DNA from: Candidatus Latescibacterota bacterium
GTDB taxonomy: Bacteria; Latescibacterota; UBA2968; UBA8231
Direction of reading: 5' to 3'
DNA: 64,000 nt
Assembly (NCBI GenBank): GCA_965243025.1
Contig: CBDETY010000003.1
Span: 2,816,001-2,880,000, forward strand
The translations under genes and the position numbers were made by a program. The notes below the pieces were generated by a model. That model worked only from the letters and a program-made list of their open reading frames with translations. It made no database searches and had not been told where the DNA came from. This document shows, piece by piece, positions 1-9,521 of this stretch. Each line of letters starts with the position of its first letter. Position 1 is the first letter of the stretch.

Positions 1-110
1 GTCTGACCCAGGGCAACGCCAAACTCGACCCGAGGCTTTCATGCCGCCGCCTCATATCCCGATGGCGCCTCCATGTTCCTGAGAGCTGGGCCCAGATTGC
101 GTCCCCATGA
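1..110 (+). CDS. 3' end of probable AbiEi-family (type IV TA) antitoxin, truncated by the window edge
   Basis: Frame from nt 3 reads LTQGNAKLDPRLSCRRLISRWRLHVPESWAQIASP*; the LDP...WRL.VP tail resembles AbiEi C-termini; the stop overlaps the next ATG (ATGA, 107-110). Confidence 0.65.
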   Translation, partial: LTQGNAKLDPRLSCRRLISRWRLHVPESWAQIASP

Positions 111-1306
111 TCGGACGCCGCGAGATCCTCGATATCGCCGGTGTCCTTGGCTTGCTGCCCCAGGTTGTCGAGAAGGACTATGTGCTCGGCTGGATTCTCG
201 CCGGCATCTATCGGCACTCGGCTCTCGCAGAAAACTGGATTTTCAAGGGCGGAACCTGCCTGAAGAAATGTTACTTCGAAACGTACCGATTCTCCGAAGA
301 CCTGGATTTCACCCTCGCCGATCTCTCTGACATTGATCAGGGAGTCCTGGTCGCTGTCTTCAGCGAGATTGGCGAATGGATCTATGAGGGGACCGGCATC
401 GAGATCCCCGAAGAATTGCTGGGATTCGAAATCTTCGAAAACCCGCGCGGCACGGTGTCGGGCCAGGGCAAACTCAGCTACCGGGGACCGATCGCTCCGC
501 GCTCAGGCGGTCTGCCGCGCATCAAGCTTGACCTTACACTCGACGAAGTTCTTGTCCTTCCGCCAGCGCAGCGTGTCATCTTTCACGACTACAGCGATGT
601 GCCTTCAGAGGGGATTCCGGTCAGGTGCTACGCCTATGAGGAAGCGTTTGCTGAAAAGGTCCGGGCCCTGGGCGACCGTGTCCGACCCCGCGACCTGTAT
701 GATGTCATCCATCTTTTTCGCAACACGGAAGCACGGCCGCATTCCGCTGTCCTGAACGAAGTCCTGCAGGAAAAATGTGCTCACCGCGGTATCCCTGTCC
801 CGACTCTCGCCGAACTTGCACTACACAAGGACGATCTTGAGGGTTCCTGGGAACCGATGCTGGGCCACCAGCTTCAGGCCCTGCCCCCCCTTGAATCTCT
901 CTGGAGCACGCTTCCCGATTTCTTTGGTTGGCTCGCAACCGGCGTGTCACCGACTGTTCCGGCCACCTACCAGATGGACGCCGGTGAAATCGTGCTCAGG
1001 GAATGCACACTGCGCCTGCCGGTCTCTGGCGCCGCCCAGTCATTCCTGGAAATCATCCGCTTTGCCGCCGTCAACCATTTGTGCGTTGACTTGGAGTACG
1101 AGGGATCTGTCCGGCGGATTGAGCCCTATTCCCTGCGGCGCACCCGCGATGGCGATATCGTCCTGCACGCCGCAATAGCTTCCGACGGCGGGCACTGCAG
1201 CTACCGCGTTGACCGCATCCAGGACGCGCAGACAACCGGGCAAGGTTTCCTCCCGCGCTATGAAGTTGAGCTGAGTCCGCGGGGGCTCAGCAGTCAAAGC
1301 GCCTGA
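107..1306 (+). CDS. AbiEii/AbiGii-family nucleotidyltransferase toxin with C-terminal WYL-like domain
   Basis: VEKDY, FKGGTCLKKCYF..YRFSEDLDF, AEKVRAL..R.RPRDLYD motifs; C-terminal Y..SVRRIEPYSL...YRVDRI is WYL-like. Confidence 0.85.
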   Translation: MIGRREILDIAGVLGLLPQVVEKDYVLGWILAGIYRHSALAENWIFKGGTCLKKCYFETYRFSEDLDFTLADLSDIDQGVLVAVFSEIGEWIYEGTGIEIPEELLGFEIFENPRGTVSGQGKLSYRGPIAPRSGGLPRIKLDLTLDEVLVLPPAQRVIFHDYSDVPSEGIPVRCYAYEEAFAEKVRALGDRVRPRDLYDVIHLFRNTEARPHSAVLNEVLQEKCAHRGIPVPTLAELALHKDDLEGSWEPMLGHQLQALPPLESLWSTLPDFFGWLATGVSPTVPATYQMDAGEIVLRECTLRLPVSGAAQSFLEIIRFAAVNHLCVDLEYEGSVRRIEPYSLRRTRDGDIVLHAAIASDGGHCSYRVDRIQDAQTTGQGFLPRYEVELSPRGLSSQSA

Positions 1307-1448
1307 GGTTCATCACCCTTCGCCCCCCCCTGACTCCTCACAAGCGGAAGCAGGGACCTACCTGAATGATAGGGAAGCGTATAATCCGTCTCGAATCCGC
1401 GGAGGAGCTGAGACGGCGGATCGCCGCCGCCCTCGTCGAGATCGAGAA

Positions 1449-2387
1449 GTGGCAGTGACCCGGCACAGTCCGAGCGGCCGCCGCGCCCTCGGGCTGTGCC
1501 TCGCCGGCCTCGCCGTCTTCCAGTGGGGGACGCAGCCGGTGCTCCTGGCCCTCGTCGTGCAATCCCTCGAGGTGGCCGCGGTCGGATGGATGCGCTTCGC
1601 CGTCACCGCGGCCCTGCTCCTGCCCCTGGTCCTGCGCCGGGGCGTCCGCGAGCTGCTGCGCCTGCGCGGCCGGAGGCTTCTCCTGCTGACGGTCTGCGTC
1701 GCCGGCCTGCTCACCAACTACCTGACCTTCATGGCCGCCCTCCGCTACGTCAGCCCCGGCACCGCCCAGGTGGTCATCCAGCTCGCCCCGATGCTGATGC
1801 TTCTCGGCGGCCTGGTCCTGTTCGGCGAGCCGTTCAGCCGTCTCCAGTGGCTGGGGATCGCCCTCCTGCTCGGCGGCCTGGCCCTGTTCTTCAGCCCCCG
1901 CTACGGCGAGCTGGCCGGCGAACTGCAGGGGTTCGGCCTCGGTATTCTGCTGGTGATCGTCTCCGCGGTGGCCTGGGCGGTGTACCTGCTGAGCCAGAAG
2001 CAGCTCCTGACCGTGCTTCCCCCCCAGGCGATCCTGCTGCCGATCTACGCCACCGGGACGATTATCCTGTTCCCCGCGGTCCGCTTCGCCGAATTCGGCC
2101 GCCTCGACTCCGTCCACCTCGGCCTGCTCGCGGCCACCAGCATCCTCACCTTCACCTCCTACCTCTCCTACGCCCACGCCGTCGAGCACATCGAGGCCTC
2201 CCGGATCGGCGTTCTCCTCTCCCTGACGCCGGTGGTCGTGTTCGTCATGGCGGGGACGTTCGCCCTGCTCCTGCCCGACCTGGCCAGGCAGGAGGAATTG
2301 AGTTTGACCAGCATTGCCGGGGCCGCGTTGGTCGTGGCGGGTTCAATGCTGGGCGCCATGGGAAGCCAGTCTGCGCCGGGGGGCTAG
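1449..2387 (+). CDS. DMT/EamA family transporter
   Basis: About 10 hydrophobic helices in two repeats, with R.F, GE..S and L.P motifs; start could be GTG 1449 or 1455. Confidence 0.85.
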   Translation: MAVTRHSPSGRRALGLCLAGLAVFQWGTQPVLLALVVQSLEVAAVGWMRFAVTAALLLPLVLRRGVRELLRLRGRRLLLLTVCVAGLLTNYLTFMAALRYVSPGTAQVVIQLAPMLMLLGGLVLFGEPFSRLQWLGIALLLGGLALFFSPRYGELAGELQGFGLGILLVIVSAVAWAVYLLSQKQLLTVLPPQAILLPIYATGTIILFPAVRFAEFGRLDSVHLGLLAATSILTFTSYLSYAHAVEHIEASRIGVLLSLTPVVVFVMAGTFALLLPDLARQEELSLTSIAGAALVVAGSMLGAMGSQSAPGG

Positions 2388-2566
2388 CGCCGCGGAGTTT
2401 CTTCGGGGCCCTGGAAAAGGGTGCATGACCTCCGCGCTCGAACCGGCCACCCCATCGTATTCTTCCGGCCGCGCCCGGGCACCCGGTCGGCCGGCCTGAC
2501 GCCCCGGCCCGGTCAGCGTATCCTTCAACGCGAAAACCGTTCCCTTGCTTCCACGGAGGAATACAA

Positions 2567-3826
2567 GTGAGCCAGGCTGCGAGCCCGACCCCCATGGCCG
2601 ACCGCATCGGCCGCGAAGACCTCACCATCACCGAGGCCAGGCTGACCCGCCTGACCTCGAAGCCGCCGGACGGCCGCTACGTCCACGAGTGCGGCCCGGT
2701 GATTCTCACCAAGGTCGACATCGGTCTGCTGGAGGTATCCACTGCCGAGGGCCTCGTCGGCATCGGCGTCGAGCCGGCCGACAGCGACGGCGACTTCCGG
2801 CACCTGATCGGCAGGAACCCGTTCGACGTCGAGAGCCTCGGCCTGTCCGCGGGGGCCGACGTCGCCTGCTGGGACCTCATCGGCAAGGCCAGGGGGGAGC
2901 CGCTGCACCGGCTGCTCGCCCCGGAGCGCGGCGGCCGGGTGCGGGTCTACGCCAGCGGCGGGGTGAACTGGACCTGGTACGACCGCGGCGACGGCGAGCC
3001 GTTCGGCGCCGAGCAGCTGATCGAGGAGGCGCTGCAGTACCGGGAGATGGGGTTCGACACCTTCAAGTGGCGCCCGGGGACCGACTGGGAAGAAGCCGGC
3101 GTCACCCCGGCCGGGCTGGGGGAAGTCTGCCGCCGTCTGCGCGATGCGGTGGGCCCGGACTTCGACCTCGGCCTCGAGAAGAAGGGGTACGACTCATGGA
3201 CGTACGAGGAGTGCCTGGAGATCGCCCCGGTCATCGACGGCCTCGGTTTCCTCTTCTTCGAGCAGCCGATGGGAGACGCCGGGCCCGCCCAGTTCGACGA
3301 CTACCTCGCGCTGAAGGAGCGGATGCCCGGGGTCATGCTGTGGGGCGGCGAAAGCCTGGAGAGCCTGGAGGAGATCCGCCCGTGGCTGGAAGCGGGGGTG
3401 TACGACGCCATGCAGATCGACGCTTCGCGCCAGGGCCTGTCCGAGGACCTGCGCATCTCCGGCGCCGCCCGGGAGCACGGCATCCGCATCGTACCCCACA
3501 ACTGGCAGTCCTCAATCGGCACCGCGGCCAACCTGCACCTGACCGCCGCGGCCGCGACCGGTCACGTCTGCGAGTTCTTCATGTACCCGAACGGGTTCCG
3601 GTACGAGTTGCTCAAAGAGCCCCCGCGGCCGGTGGATGGTTGGGTTACCCTGCCGAACCGCCCCGGCCTCGGTATCGAGGTTGTGGAGGACGTCGAGAAG
3701 CGCTTCCCCTACGAACCGGGACCGAACACCCTGCCCAACCCGCGTTTCCCCCACGCCCTGGACCGGGCAAGGGCTCGCGAGCAGGCCGTGCGGCAGAGGT
3801 ATGCCGGGGGCCAGGTCAGCGCGTGA
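2567..3826 (+). CDS. Mandelate racemase/muconate lactonizing (enolase superfamily) enzyme
   Basis: D.A.WDL.GK, VYASGG, F..FKW, FFEQP, GGES, PHNW and P.RPGLGIE motifs; GGAGG RBS before GTG. Confidence 0.85.
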   Translation: MSQAASPTPMADRIGREDLTITEARLTRLTSKPPDGRYVHECGPVILTKVDIGLLEVSTAEGLVGIGVEPADSDGDFRHLIGRNPFDVESLGLSAGADVACWDLIGKARGEPLHRLLAPERGGRVRVYASGGVNWTWYDRGDGEPFGAEQLIEEALQYREMGFDTFKWRPGTDWEEAGVTPAGLGEVCRRLRDAVGPDFDLGLEKKGYDSWTYEECLEIAPVIDGLGFLFFEQPMGDAGPAQFDDYLALKERMPGVMLWGGESLESLEEIRPWLEAGVYDAMQIDASRQGLSEDLRISGAAREHGIRIVPHNWQSSIGTAANLHLTAAAATGHVCEFFMYPNGFRYELLKEPPRPVDGWVTLPNRPGLGIEVVEDVEKRFPYEPGPNTLPNPRFPHALDRARAREQAVRQRYAGGQVSA

Positions 3827-3860
3827 AAAAGCGAGTCGCTCCCGTTTCCCCTCCACCCAG

Positions 3861-4790
3861 TTACCGAGCCGAAGAAACCGCCGCCTTGATTCGGGCCCAG
3901 GTGACGCTTTCGACCGCCGAATCGTCGGATGACGAACCATCCGGCGTCATCAGAATCCCATCGGCCAAATCGTCTGCTGACATCTTCAACAGACCATCCT
4001 CGTCGCTCGTCCGGCCTGCCAGCAGATGGACGGTCTCCCAATGCCCAGGCCGACTATCCAGGTCGTATACCTCAATATTGAAGCCGATGATCTTTCCGGC
4101 GAACAGATCGGACAGGTCACTGTCCCCCGGGTCCGTCCAGACAAAGAGGTCATACGGGGTCACGTAGAATTCCGTCACCGAGAAGATGGGGGATTCGCCA
4201 AACACAGCGCCGCCTCCGTGGGCAAACGGCGGGCGATTGAACCAGTCCGGACTCACATGATACGATCGGGGGAAGAGGAGAACCTGCAAGCCTTCGTCGA
4301 AAACTTCTCCGAGCGCTTGATACTTTTGCGCCTCGTAAGGCAGCATGTTCTCTAAAGAGGAGTCCGGGGGGAAGAACTCGCCGCCCGAGTGATCTCCGTC
4401 AACGGCAAAAAACACCGAAGAGTCGTGGAAAGACATAATGCGCATTCTTTCATCCTCGCGGTCGAATTCGTTGACGTATACATCGTCGACCCTCTCCATG
4501 GCGAAGTAAACCCGGTCAGTGGCATCGTGCCATCCAAGCCAGATGCGAAAATCCATGTCCGCGGGATCGTAGGAGCCGATTGTTGTGATCGCGAAGTCGA
4601 GCGGGGTGAGCGTGGGCTCCCCGGCGATATATTGCCAATCATCGACGGAGCCGTCGGTGACGTCGATCTCGGCGACGTCGCGGTCCGTCAACTGCAGGAT
4701 AGGGAAGATGCGGTCCGGTTCCTGGGCGTCTGCGGCGGAGAGGAAGCCTGCCAATGAGAGGGCGATCTTGGGCCAGACGAGTCGTTGCAT
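3861..4790 (-). CDS. Secreted protein, [TS]W[GA]RIKA-tail family (CBM9/DOMON-like), copy 1
   Basis: ATG 4790 after AGGAGG; signal peptide MQRLVWPKIALSLAGFLSAADA; DFRIWLGWHD, DGDHSGG, EFYVTPYD, GKIIGF; ends SAVESVTWARIKAAVSSAR. Confidence 0.8.
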   Translation of the reverse strand: MQRLVWPKIALSLAGFLSAADAQEPDRIFPILQLTDRDVAEIDVTDGSVDDWQYIAGEPTLTPLDFAITTIGSYDPADMDFRIWLGWHDATDRVYFAMERVDDVYVNEFDREDERMRIMSFHDSSVFFAVDGDHSGGEFFPPDSSLENMLPYEAQKYQALGEVFDEGLQVLLFPRSYHVSPDWFNRPPFAHGGGAVFGESPIFSVTEFYVTPYDLFVWTDPGDSDLSDLFAGKIIGFNIEVYDLDSRPGHWETVHLLAGRTSDEDGLLKMSADDLADGILMTPDGSSSDDSAVESVTWARIKAAVSSAR

Positions 4791-5028
4791 TTCTGGATCC
4801 TCCTGACTGACAACAATAGCTGGGATGGGAAAACAATGTGTGGCGGTGGAGAGAGCTTTAACACCTACATGCCCGGATAGATGGTCACCTGCCGTTGAAC
4901 GGTTACGGGGACACCGACTGTCCTCTTGACGTAGTGTGTCCATGCCAATTGCCCACAGGCCCACTACGATTACGAGCAGTCGATGCCCCCGTACGGGTTG
5001 GGTTGGTTGGGGTCCACCCAACTAACCG

Positions 5029-5400
5029 TTATCCGCAAACGCAAATGCCGTAATCGCAGCTACCGCCGCAATCATTCCCGGCATGATGTGCGCAGTGAGC
5101 AGCGCAGCCGTTGTTGGTATTGCAGCCGTACAAATGCGATGATCCGTTGCAGTGTGCGGCCGCTTGGGGCGGAGACCCCAGAACGACCATGGCGGCGACG
5201 AGCAGGCCCCCGGTCCAGGCGACCGGGAACCCCTGCTCCGGGCTGACTTCGCCGGACTCGCTCAGGACGAAGTCGGCGAGGAAGCCGCTGCCGGGAGCGG
5301 AAGCGACGGCCTGCGCGGCGGCCTCGAAGAGGTCCCTGGCCGCGGCCGCGAGGCCGTGGGCGAATCGCGAGGATCGCCATCTGAAGCTGTACCATGTCAT
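5029..5400 (-). CDS. Precursor A: Flp-pilin-like leader plus 41-aa 8-Cys defensin-like core; 5' end frameshifted relative to precursor B
   Basis: Leader almost identical to 9522-9911; core HCNGSSHLYGCNTNNGCAAHCAHHAGNDCGGSCDYGICVCG; one extra base at 5363/5364 puts ATG 5395 out of frame; in-frame ATG 5400 overlaps the upstream stop. Confidence 0.75.
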   Translation of the reverse strand: MTWYSFRWRSSRFAHGLAAAARDLFEAAAQAVASAPGSGFLADFVLSESGEVSPEQGFPVAWTGGLLVAAMVVLGSPPQAAAHCNGSSHLYGCNTNNGCAAHCAHHAGNDCGGSCDYGICVCG

Positions 5401-5918
5401 CCTCCTATTTGTCCGCGAATGCGCCTGAAATGATCGGTGACATCGTACTCGATATCCGCGCTGCGAAGTCGCGTGTGCGTATCGACCTGCAGGAGATCTT
5501 TTGCCGTCAACCTGATCCGTTGCGAGGGAACCGAGTTTTTTAGTTCCCATTCGACCGACAGTTCGGGTATCACCGCATTGCTCGAATCTCCAACCAGCAC
5601 GACGGCCGGGGTTTCACCCCAGTAGCACTCCGGCTGGCAGGCACCCCACATGCGGACAAAAAACCGGTCTGTTGAATCCGGCTTGAGTATTTCGACCCGT
5701 GTGAGATGATCTGTTTCGGGATTGGTGGTCTCCCACTGGCCGACCAGGTCGGACAATGCGAGCGAGGACTCGGTAACAAGCTGCAGCCCCGGAATACCGG
5801 TGCCGGCCTTCTCTGCTTCCGGCGGACTCGAACAGGCGCTCGCTGCCAGGGTGAGCGGGACGAAACCAAATCCGAGAAAACAGGACCGAACGGTACGACC
5901 CGGGGTTGTGGTTTTCAT
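5397..5918 (-). CDS. Putative lipoprotein of unknown function
   Basis: Basic N-terminus, hydrophobic stretch and lipobox-like LAASA-C; W..T...T..LTRVEI and WGACQPECYWG motifs with a Cys pair. Confidence 0.7.
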   Translation of the reverse strand: MKTTTPGRTVRSCFLGFGFVPLTLAASACSSPPEAEKAGTGIPGLQLVTESSLALSDLVGQWETTNPETDHLTRVEILKPDSTDRFFVRMWGACQPECYWGETPAVVLVGDSSNAVIPELSVEWELKNSVPSQRIRLTAKDLLQVDTHTRLRSADIEYDVTDHFRRIRGQIGG

Positions 5919-5956
5919 AGTGGGCGCGATCCAAGCAGGCCGGATCGATCTCCCGG

Positions 5957-6880
5957 CTATTCCGACAGGCCGGCCTTGATTCGGGCCCAGGTGACGCTTT
6001 CGACCGCCGAATCGTCAGATGACGAGCCATCCGGCGTCATCAGAACCCCGTCGGCCAAATCGTCTGCTGACATCCCAATCAGACCCAACTCGTCGCTCGT
6101 CCGGCCTGCCAGCAGATGGACGGTCCCCCAATGCTCAGGCTGACTATCCACGTCGTATACCTCAATGTTGAAGCCGATGATCTTTCCGGCGAACAGATCG
6201 GACAGGTCACTGTCCCCGGGGTCCGTCCAGACAAAGAGGTCATACGGGGTCACGTAGAATTCCGTCACCGAGAAGATGGGGGATTCGCCGAACACAGCGC
6301 CGCCTCCGTGGGCAAACGGCGGGCGATTGAACCAGTCCGGGCTCACATGATTCGATCGGGGGAAGAGGAGAACCTGCAAGCCTTCGTCGAAAACTTCCCC
6401 GAGCGCTTGATACAGTTGCGCCTCGTAAGGCAGCATGTTCTCTCGAGAGGAGCGCGGGGGTAACAACTCGCCGCCCGAGTGATCGCCGTCAACGGCAAAC
6501 ATCACCGAAGAGTCGTGGATGGACATAAGGCTCATCCATTCATCCTCGCGGTCGAATTCGTTGACGTATACGTCGTCGACCCTCTCCATGGCGAAGAAAA
6601 TCCGGTCAGTGGCATCGTGCCATGCAAGCCAGATGCGAAAATCCATGTCCGCGGGATCGTAGGAGCCGATTGTTGTGATCGCAAAGTCGAGCGGGGTGAG
6701 CGTGGGCTCCCCGAAGATATATTCCCAGTCACCGACGGAGCCGTCGGTGACGTCGATCTCGGCGACGTCGCGGTCCGTCAACTGCAGGATAGGAAAGATG
6801 CGGTCCGATTCCTGGGCGTCTGCGGCGAAGAGGATGCCTGCCAATGAGAGGGCGATCTTGGGCCAGACGAGTCGTTGCAT
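5957..6880 (-). CDS. Secreted protein, [TS]W[GA]RIKA-tail family, copy 2 (recent duplicate of 3861-4790)
   Basis: Near-identical to copy 1 at protein and DNA level; ends SAVESVTWARIKAGLSE. Confidence 0.8.
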   Translation of the reverse strand: MQRLVWPKIALSLAGILFAADAQESDRIFPILQLTDRDVAEIDVTDGSVGDWEYIFGEPTLTPLDFAITTIGSYDPADMDFRIWLAWHDATDRIFFAMERVDDVYVNEFDREDEWMSLMSIHDSSVMFAVDGDHSGGELLPPRSSRENMLPYEAQLYQALGEVFDEGLQVLLFPRSNHVSPDWFNRPPFAHGGGAVFGESPIFSVTEFYVTPYDLFVWTDPGDSDLSDLFAGKIIGFNIEVYDVDSQPEHWGTVHLLAGRTSDELGLIGMSADDLADGVLMTPDGSSSDDSAVESVTWARIKAGLSE

Positions 6881-7639
6881 TTCTGGATCCTCCACTGATT
6901 ATTTCGACAGGCCGGCTTTGATTCGGGCCCAGGTGACGCTTTCGACCGCCGTATCGCCGGTACGATGGTCCGCGCCCAGGAGGATTCCGTGCGCCAGGAA
7001 ATCTGACCTGTCGATTTCCCATTCTGAATCCGGGCCGTACAAACCGAATAAACTATCGAAGGCATTTCTGTTTTCGTCGATGTCCGCTAGTTGATAGCCG
7101 AACCCTATGGTTTTTCCAGGAAAAAGATCGGAGACGATACTTTGTTCCGGTTCGTCCCAGATCAGGCGATCAAATGGAGTGACGTAAAATTCCACCACCC
7201 CGAAGATCGGGTTGCTGTCAATCATGGCACCGCCACCGTCGGCATACGGCGGCCGGTGTACCCAGTCCGTAAGAAGGCTCACGTCACCCAGAACCAGGTT
7301 GTTGTCGTTGCTACTATTTGTATAGGTTCCTGGAAATGCTTCATACTTCTGCGCCTGCTGCATTGGATACTCGAGCCCGCGAGCCTCGTCCTGCTGATAG
7401 CTTCCACCGCTTTTATCCCCGTCGACGAATAGCCACACGGATAAATCCGCGTGGGAAAGGTCGTGTGGAAGCACTCCATTTCGGTCGTAAACACGCTCGT
7501 TGATTACATCGTCGATCAATTCGGTAGCTACGAATAGGTGGTTACCGCCATCGTGCCAGGCCAGCCAGATGCGAAAGTCCAAGGACGATGGGTCGTACTC
7601 CGATGCCCATGGCGCGGTCATTAAATCCACCGGGGTTAA

Positions 7640-9196
7640 CAGGCTGTTGAAAAAGTCCTATTTCCTAATAAAAACATAGCCTCAGACGATTGCCCGTCGT
7701 ACCCGCCCTTTTCTAGATTTATGAAAGATCCAAGAAAAACGAGCCGATGCCCCAAGGAGGCCGGTGATGTCGATGAGCAAACGTCGGAAAAGTCAGCAGC
7801 AGGAGATCTGGGTGCCGACCCATACCCTCCCCGAGACCCCGAGCCATCCGTTTTACACCCAACTCAACCGGCTGCTGGAAGAGCATGGGTTTGATTCCTT
7901 TGTAGAAGAGCAGTGCGCCCCGTATTACGCCCAGAGGTTGGGCCGTCCCAGTATTGCTCCCGGGGTGTATTTCCGCATGCTCATGATCGGCTATTTCGAA
8001 GGCCTGGGATCGGAGCGGGCCATTGCCTGGCGGGTCGCCGATTCGTTGGCTCTGCGTCGCTTTCTCGGCTACGCCCTGACCGAGTCCACCCCGGATCATT
8101 CGAGCCTGTCGCGTATTCGTCAGCGCCTGCCCGAAGCGGTGCACGAAGCGGTCTTCGACTGGGTGCTGAAGGTGTTGTCCGACCGGGACCTGCTGCAGGG
8201 AAAGACGGTGGCGGTGGACGCCACCACGCTGGAGGCCAACGCGGCGATGCGCAGCATCGTGCGCCGGGATACGGGCCAGGGCTACCGCGAGTATCTGGAA
8301 GGGTTGGCCCGGGCCGAAGGCATTCCGGAGCCGACCCGGCAGGAGGTGGCCCGGCTCGACCGCAAGCGGGCCAACAAGGCGTCCAACCGGGACTGGGCGC
8401 ATCCCCATGATCGGGAGGCCCGCATAACCAGGATGAAAGACGGCCGCACGCATATGGCCCACAAGGCCGAACATACGGTCGATCTGGACACGCAGGCGCT
8501 GGTGGCCCTGCAGGTGTGCGGCGCCGATGAAGGGGATACCGCGTCGCTGCTGTGGAGTCTGGTGCAGGCGGACCGCAGCCTGAAAGAGGTCGGTGTCGAT
8601 GAGCAGATCAGGCTGAGCGAAGTGGTGGCGGACCGGGGGTATCACAGCAATGACACGATGAAGATGCTGAGGACGGCGGAGATCCGCAGCTACGTGGCCG
8701 AACCGGATCGCGGTCGGCGCAACTGGAAGAAGGATGCGCCGGCCAAGACGGCGGTGTATGCGAATCGTCGGCGTATACGGGGAGACCGCGGCAAGAGGCT
8801 GCAGCGGCTTCGCGCCGAGCACGTGGAGCGCAGTTTCGCTCATACCTACGAAACGGGAGGCATGCGCCGCACTCACCTGCGCGGCCACACCAACATCTAC
8901 AAGCGTCTGTGTATTCATGGCGGCGCCTTCAATCTCGGGCTGGTGATGCGCAAGCTCACCGGAAAGGGAACGCCGAAAGGGTTGTATGGATTGGCATCGG
9001 TTTTCTCGACTTTTGCCGATCGCGCAAACGCTCTTTTGGGTCGAATTTTCGGTTATTTGCGATTGTTGAGCTGTCCTTTTCGGGACCATTTCTATAAATG
9101 GGAATGTTTAGCCTGATAACCGATTTTCTTGGGAAAGGAAATCATACATCCGCGACGTCCGGGGTTTCCGGAATAACCCGGATTTTCAACGGCCTG
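7640..9196 (+). mobile_element. Insertion sequence, IS1182/IS5-type, 1557 bp, 14-bp imperfect terminal IRs, TTAA target duplication
   Basis: Left end CAGGCTGTTGAAAA (7640); right end reverse complement CAGGCCGTTGAAAA (9196); TTAA at 7636-7639 and 9197-9200. Confidence 0.9.
7764..9116 (+). CDS. DDE transposase (IS1182/IS5-like)
   Basis: GRPSI.P, SER.I, PDHSSLSR.RQR, VDATTLEANA, VADRGY, R..HVERSFAH motifs. Confidence 0.92.
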   Translation: MMSMSKRRKSQQQEIWVPTHTLPETPSHPFYTQLNRLLEEHGFDSFVEEQCAPYYAQRLGRPSIAPGVYFRMLMIGYFEGLGSERAIAWRVADSLALRRFLGYALTESTPDHSSLSRIRQRLPEAVHEAVFDWVLKVLSDRDLLQGKTVAVDATTLEANAAMRSIVRRDTGQGYREYLEGLARAEGIPEPTRQEVARLDRKRANKASNRDWAHPHDREARITRMKDGRTHMAHKAEHTVDLDTQALVALQVCGADEGDTASLLWSLVQADRSLKEVGVDEQIRLSEVVADRGYHSNDTMKMLRTAEIRSYVAEPDRGRRNWKKDAPAKTAVYANRRRIRGDRGKRLQRLRAEHVERSFAHTYETGGMRRTHLRGHTNIYKRLCIHGGAFNLGLVMRKLTGKGTPKGLYGLASVFSTFADRANALLGRIFGYLRLLSCPFRDHFYKWECLA

Positions 9197-9521
9197 TTAA
9201 GGTGGGCTCGCCGAGGATTTCCGACCAATCGTCGACCGAACCATCCCTTACGTCGATTCTTGCCCGCATCTCGTCGGTAAGCTCCATAATCGGATACACG
9301 CGCTCTGGAAACTGCGCTCCCGTGGAGACCGCTTTCATTACCAGAAAAATCGAAATAGAGATTACCGGGATCTTCATCTGTCAACTCCTTTCATTCGGGG
9401 CATTTGACATTGTTACAGACATCGGCCACGCTCAAGTCAGTACTGACATGAGAATGGCCGATGTCACGCCAGGACGTTTCTACCACTTGCAAAGCACCTC
9501 AGCTAGCTTGGCCGTTGCCCT

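Larger units (their letters stand above)
6899..9377 (-). pseudogene. [TS]W[GA]RIKA-tail family gene (copy 3) split by an IS
   Basis: N-terminal part 9377-9197 (MKIPVIS...WSEILGEPTL) and C-terminal part below 7636 (TPVDLMTAPW...AVESVTWARIKAGLSK) join in frame once the IS and one TTAA are removed. Confidence 0.88.

Noticed and set aside
1366-1458. 30-aa ORF MIGKRIIRLESAEELRRRIAAALVEIEKWQ overlapping the EamA start
   Set aside because: Too short to assign; probably the remnant of a truncated upstream gene
4791-5028. N-terminal extension of ORF 3861-5021, or a further small peptide gene
   Set aside because: The paralog starts at MQRLVW with a good RBS; the spacer shows no Cys pattern or convincing ORF
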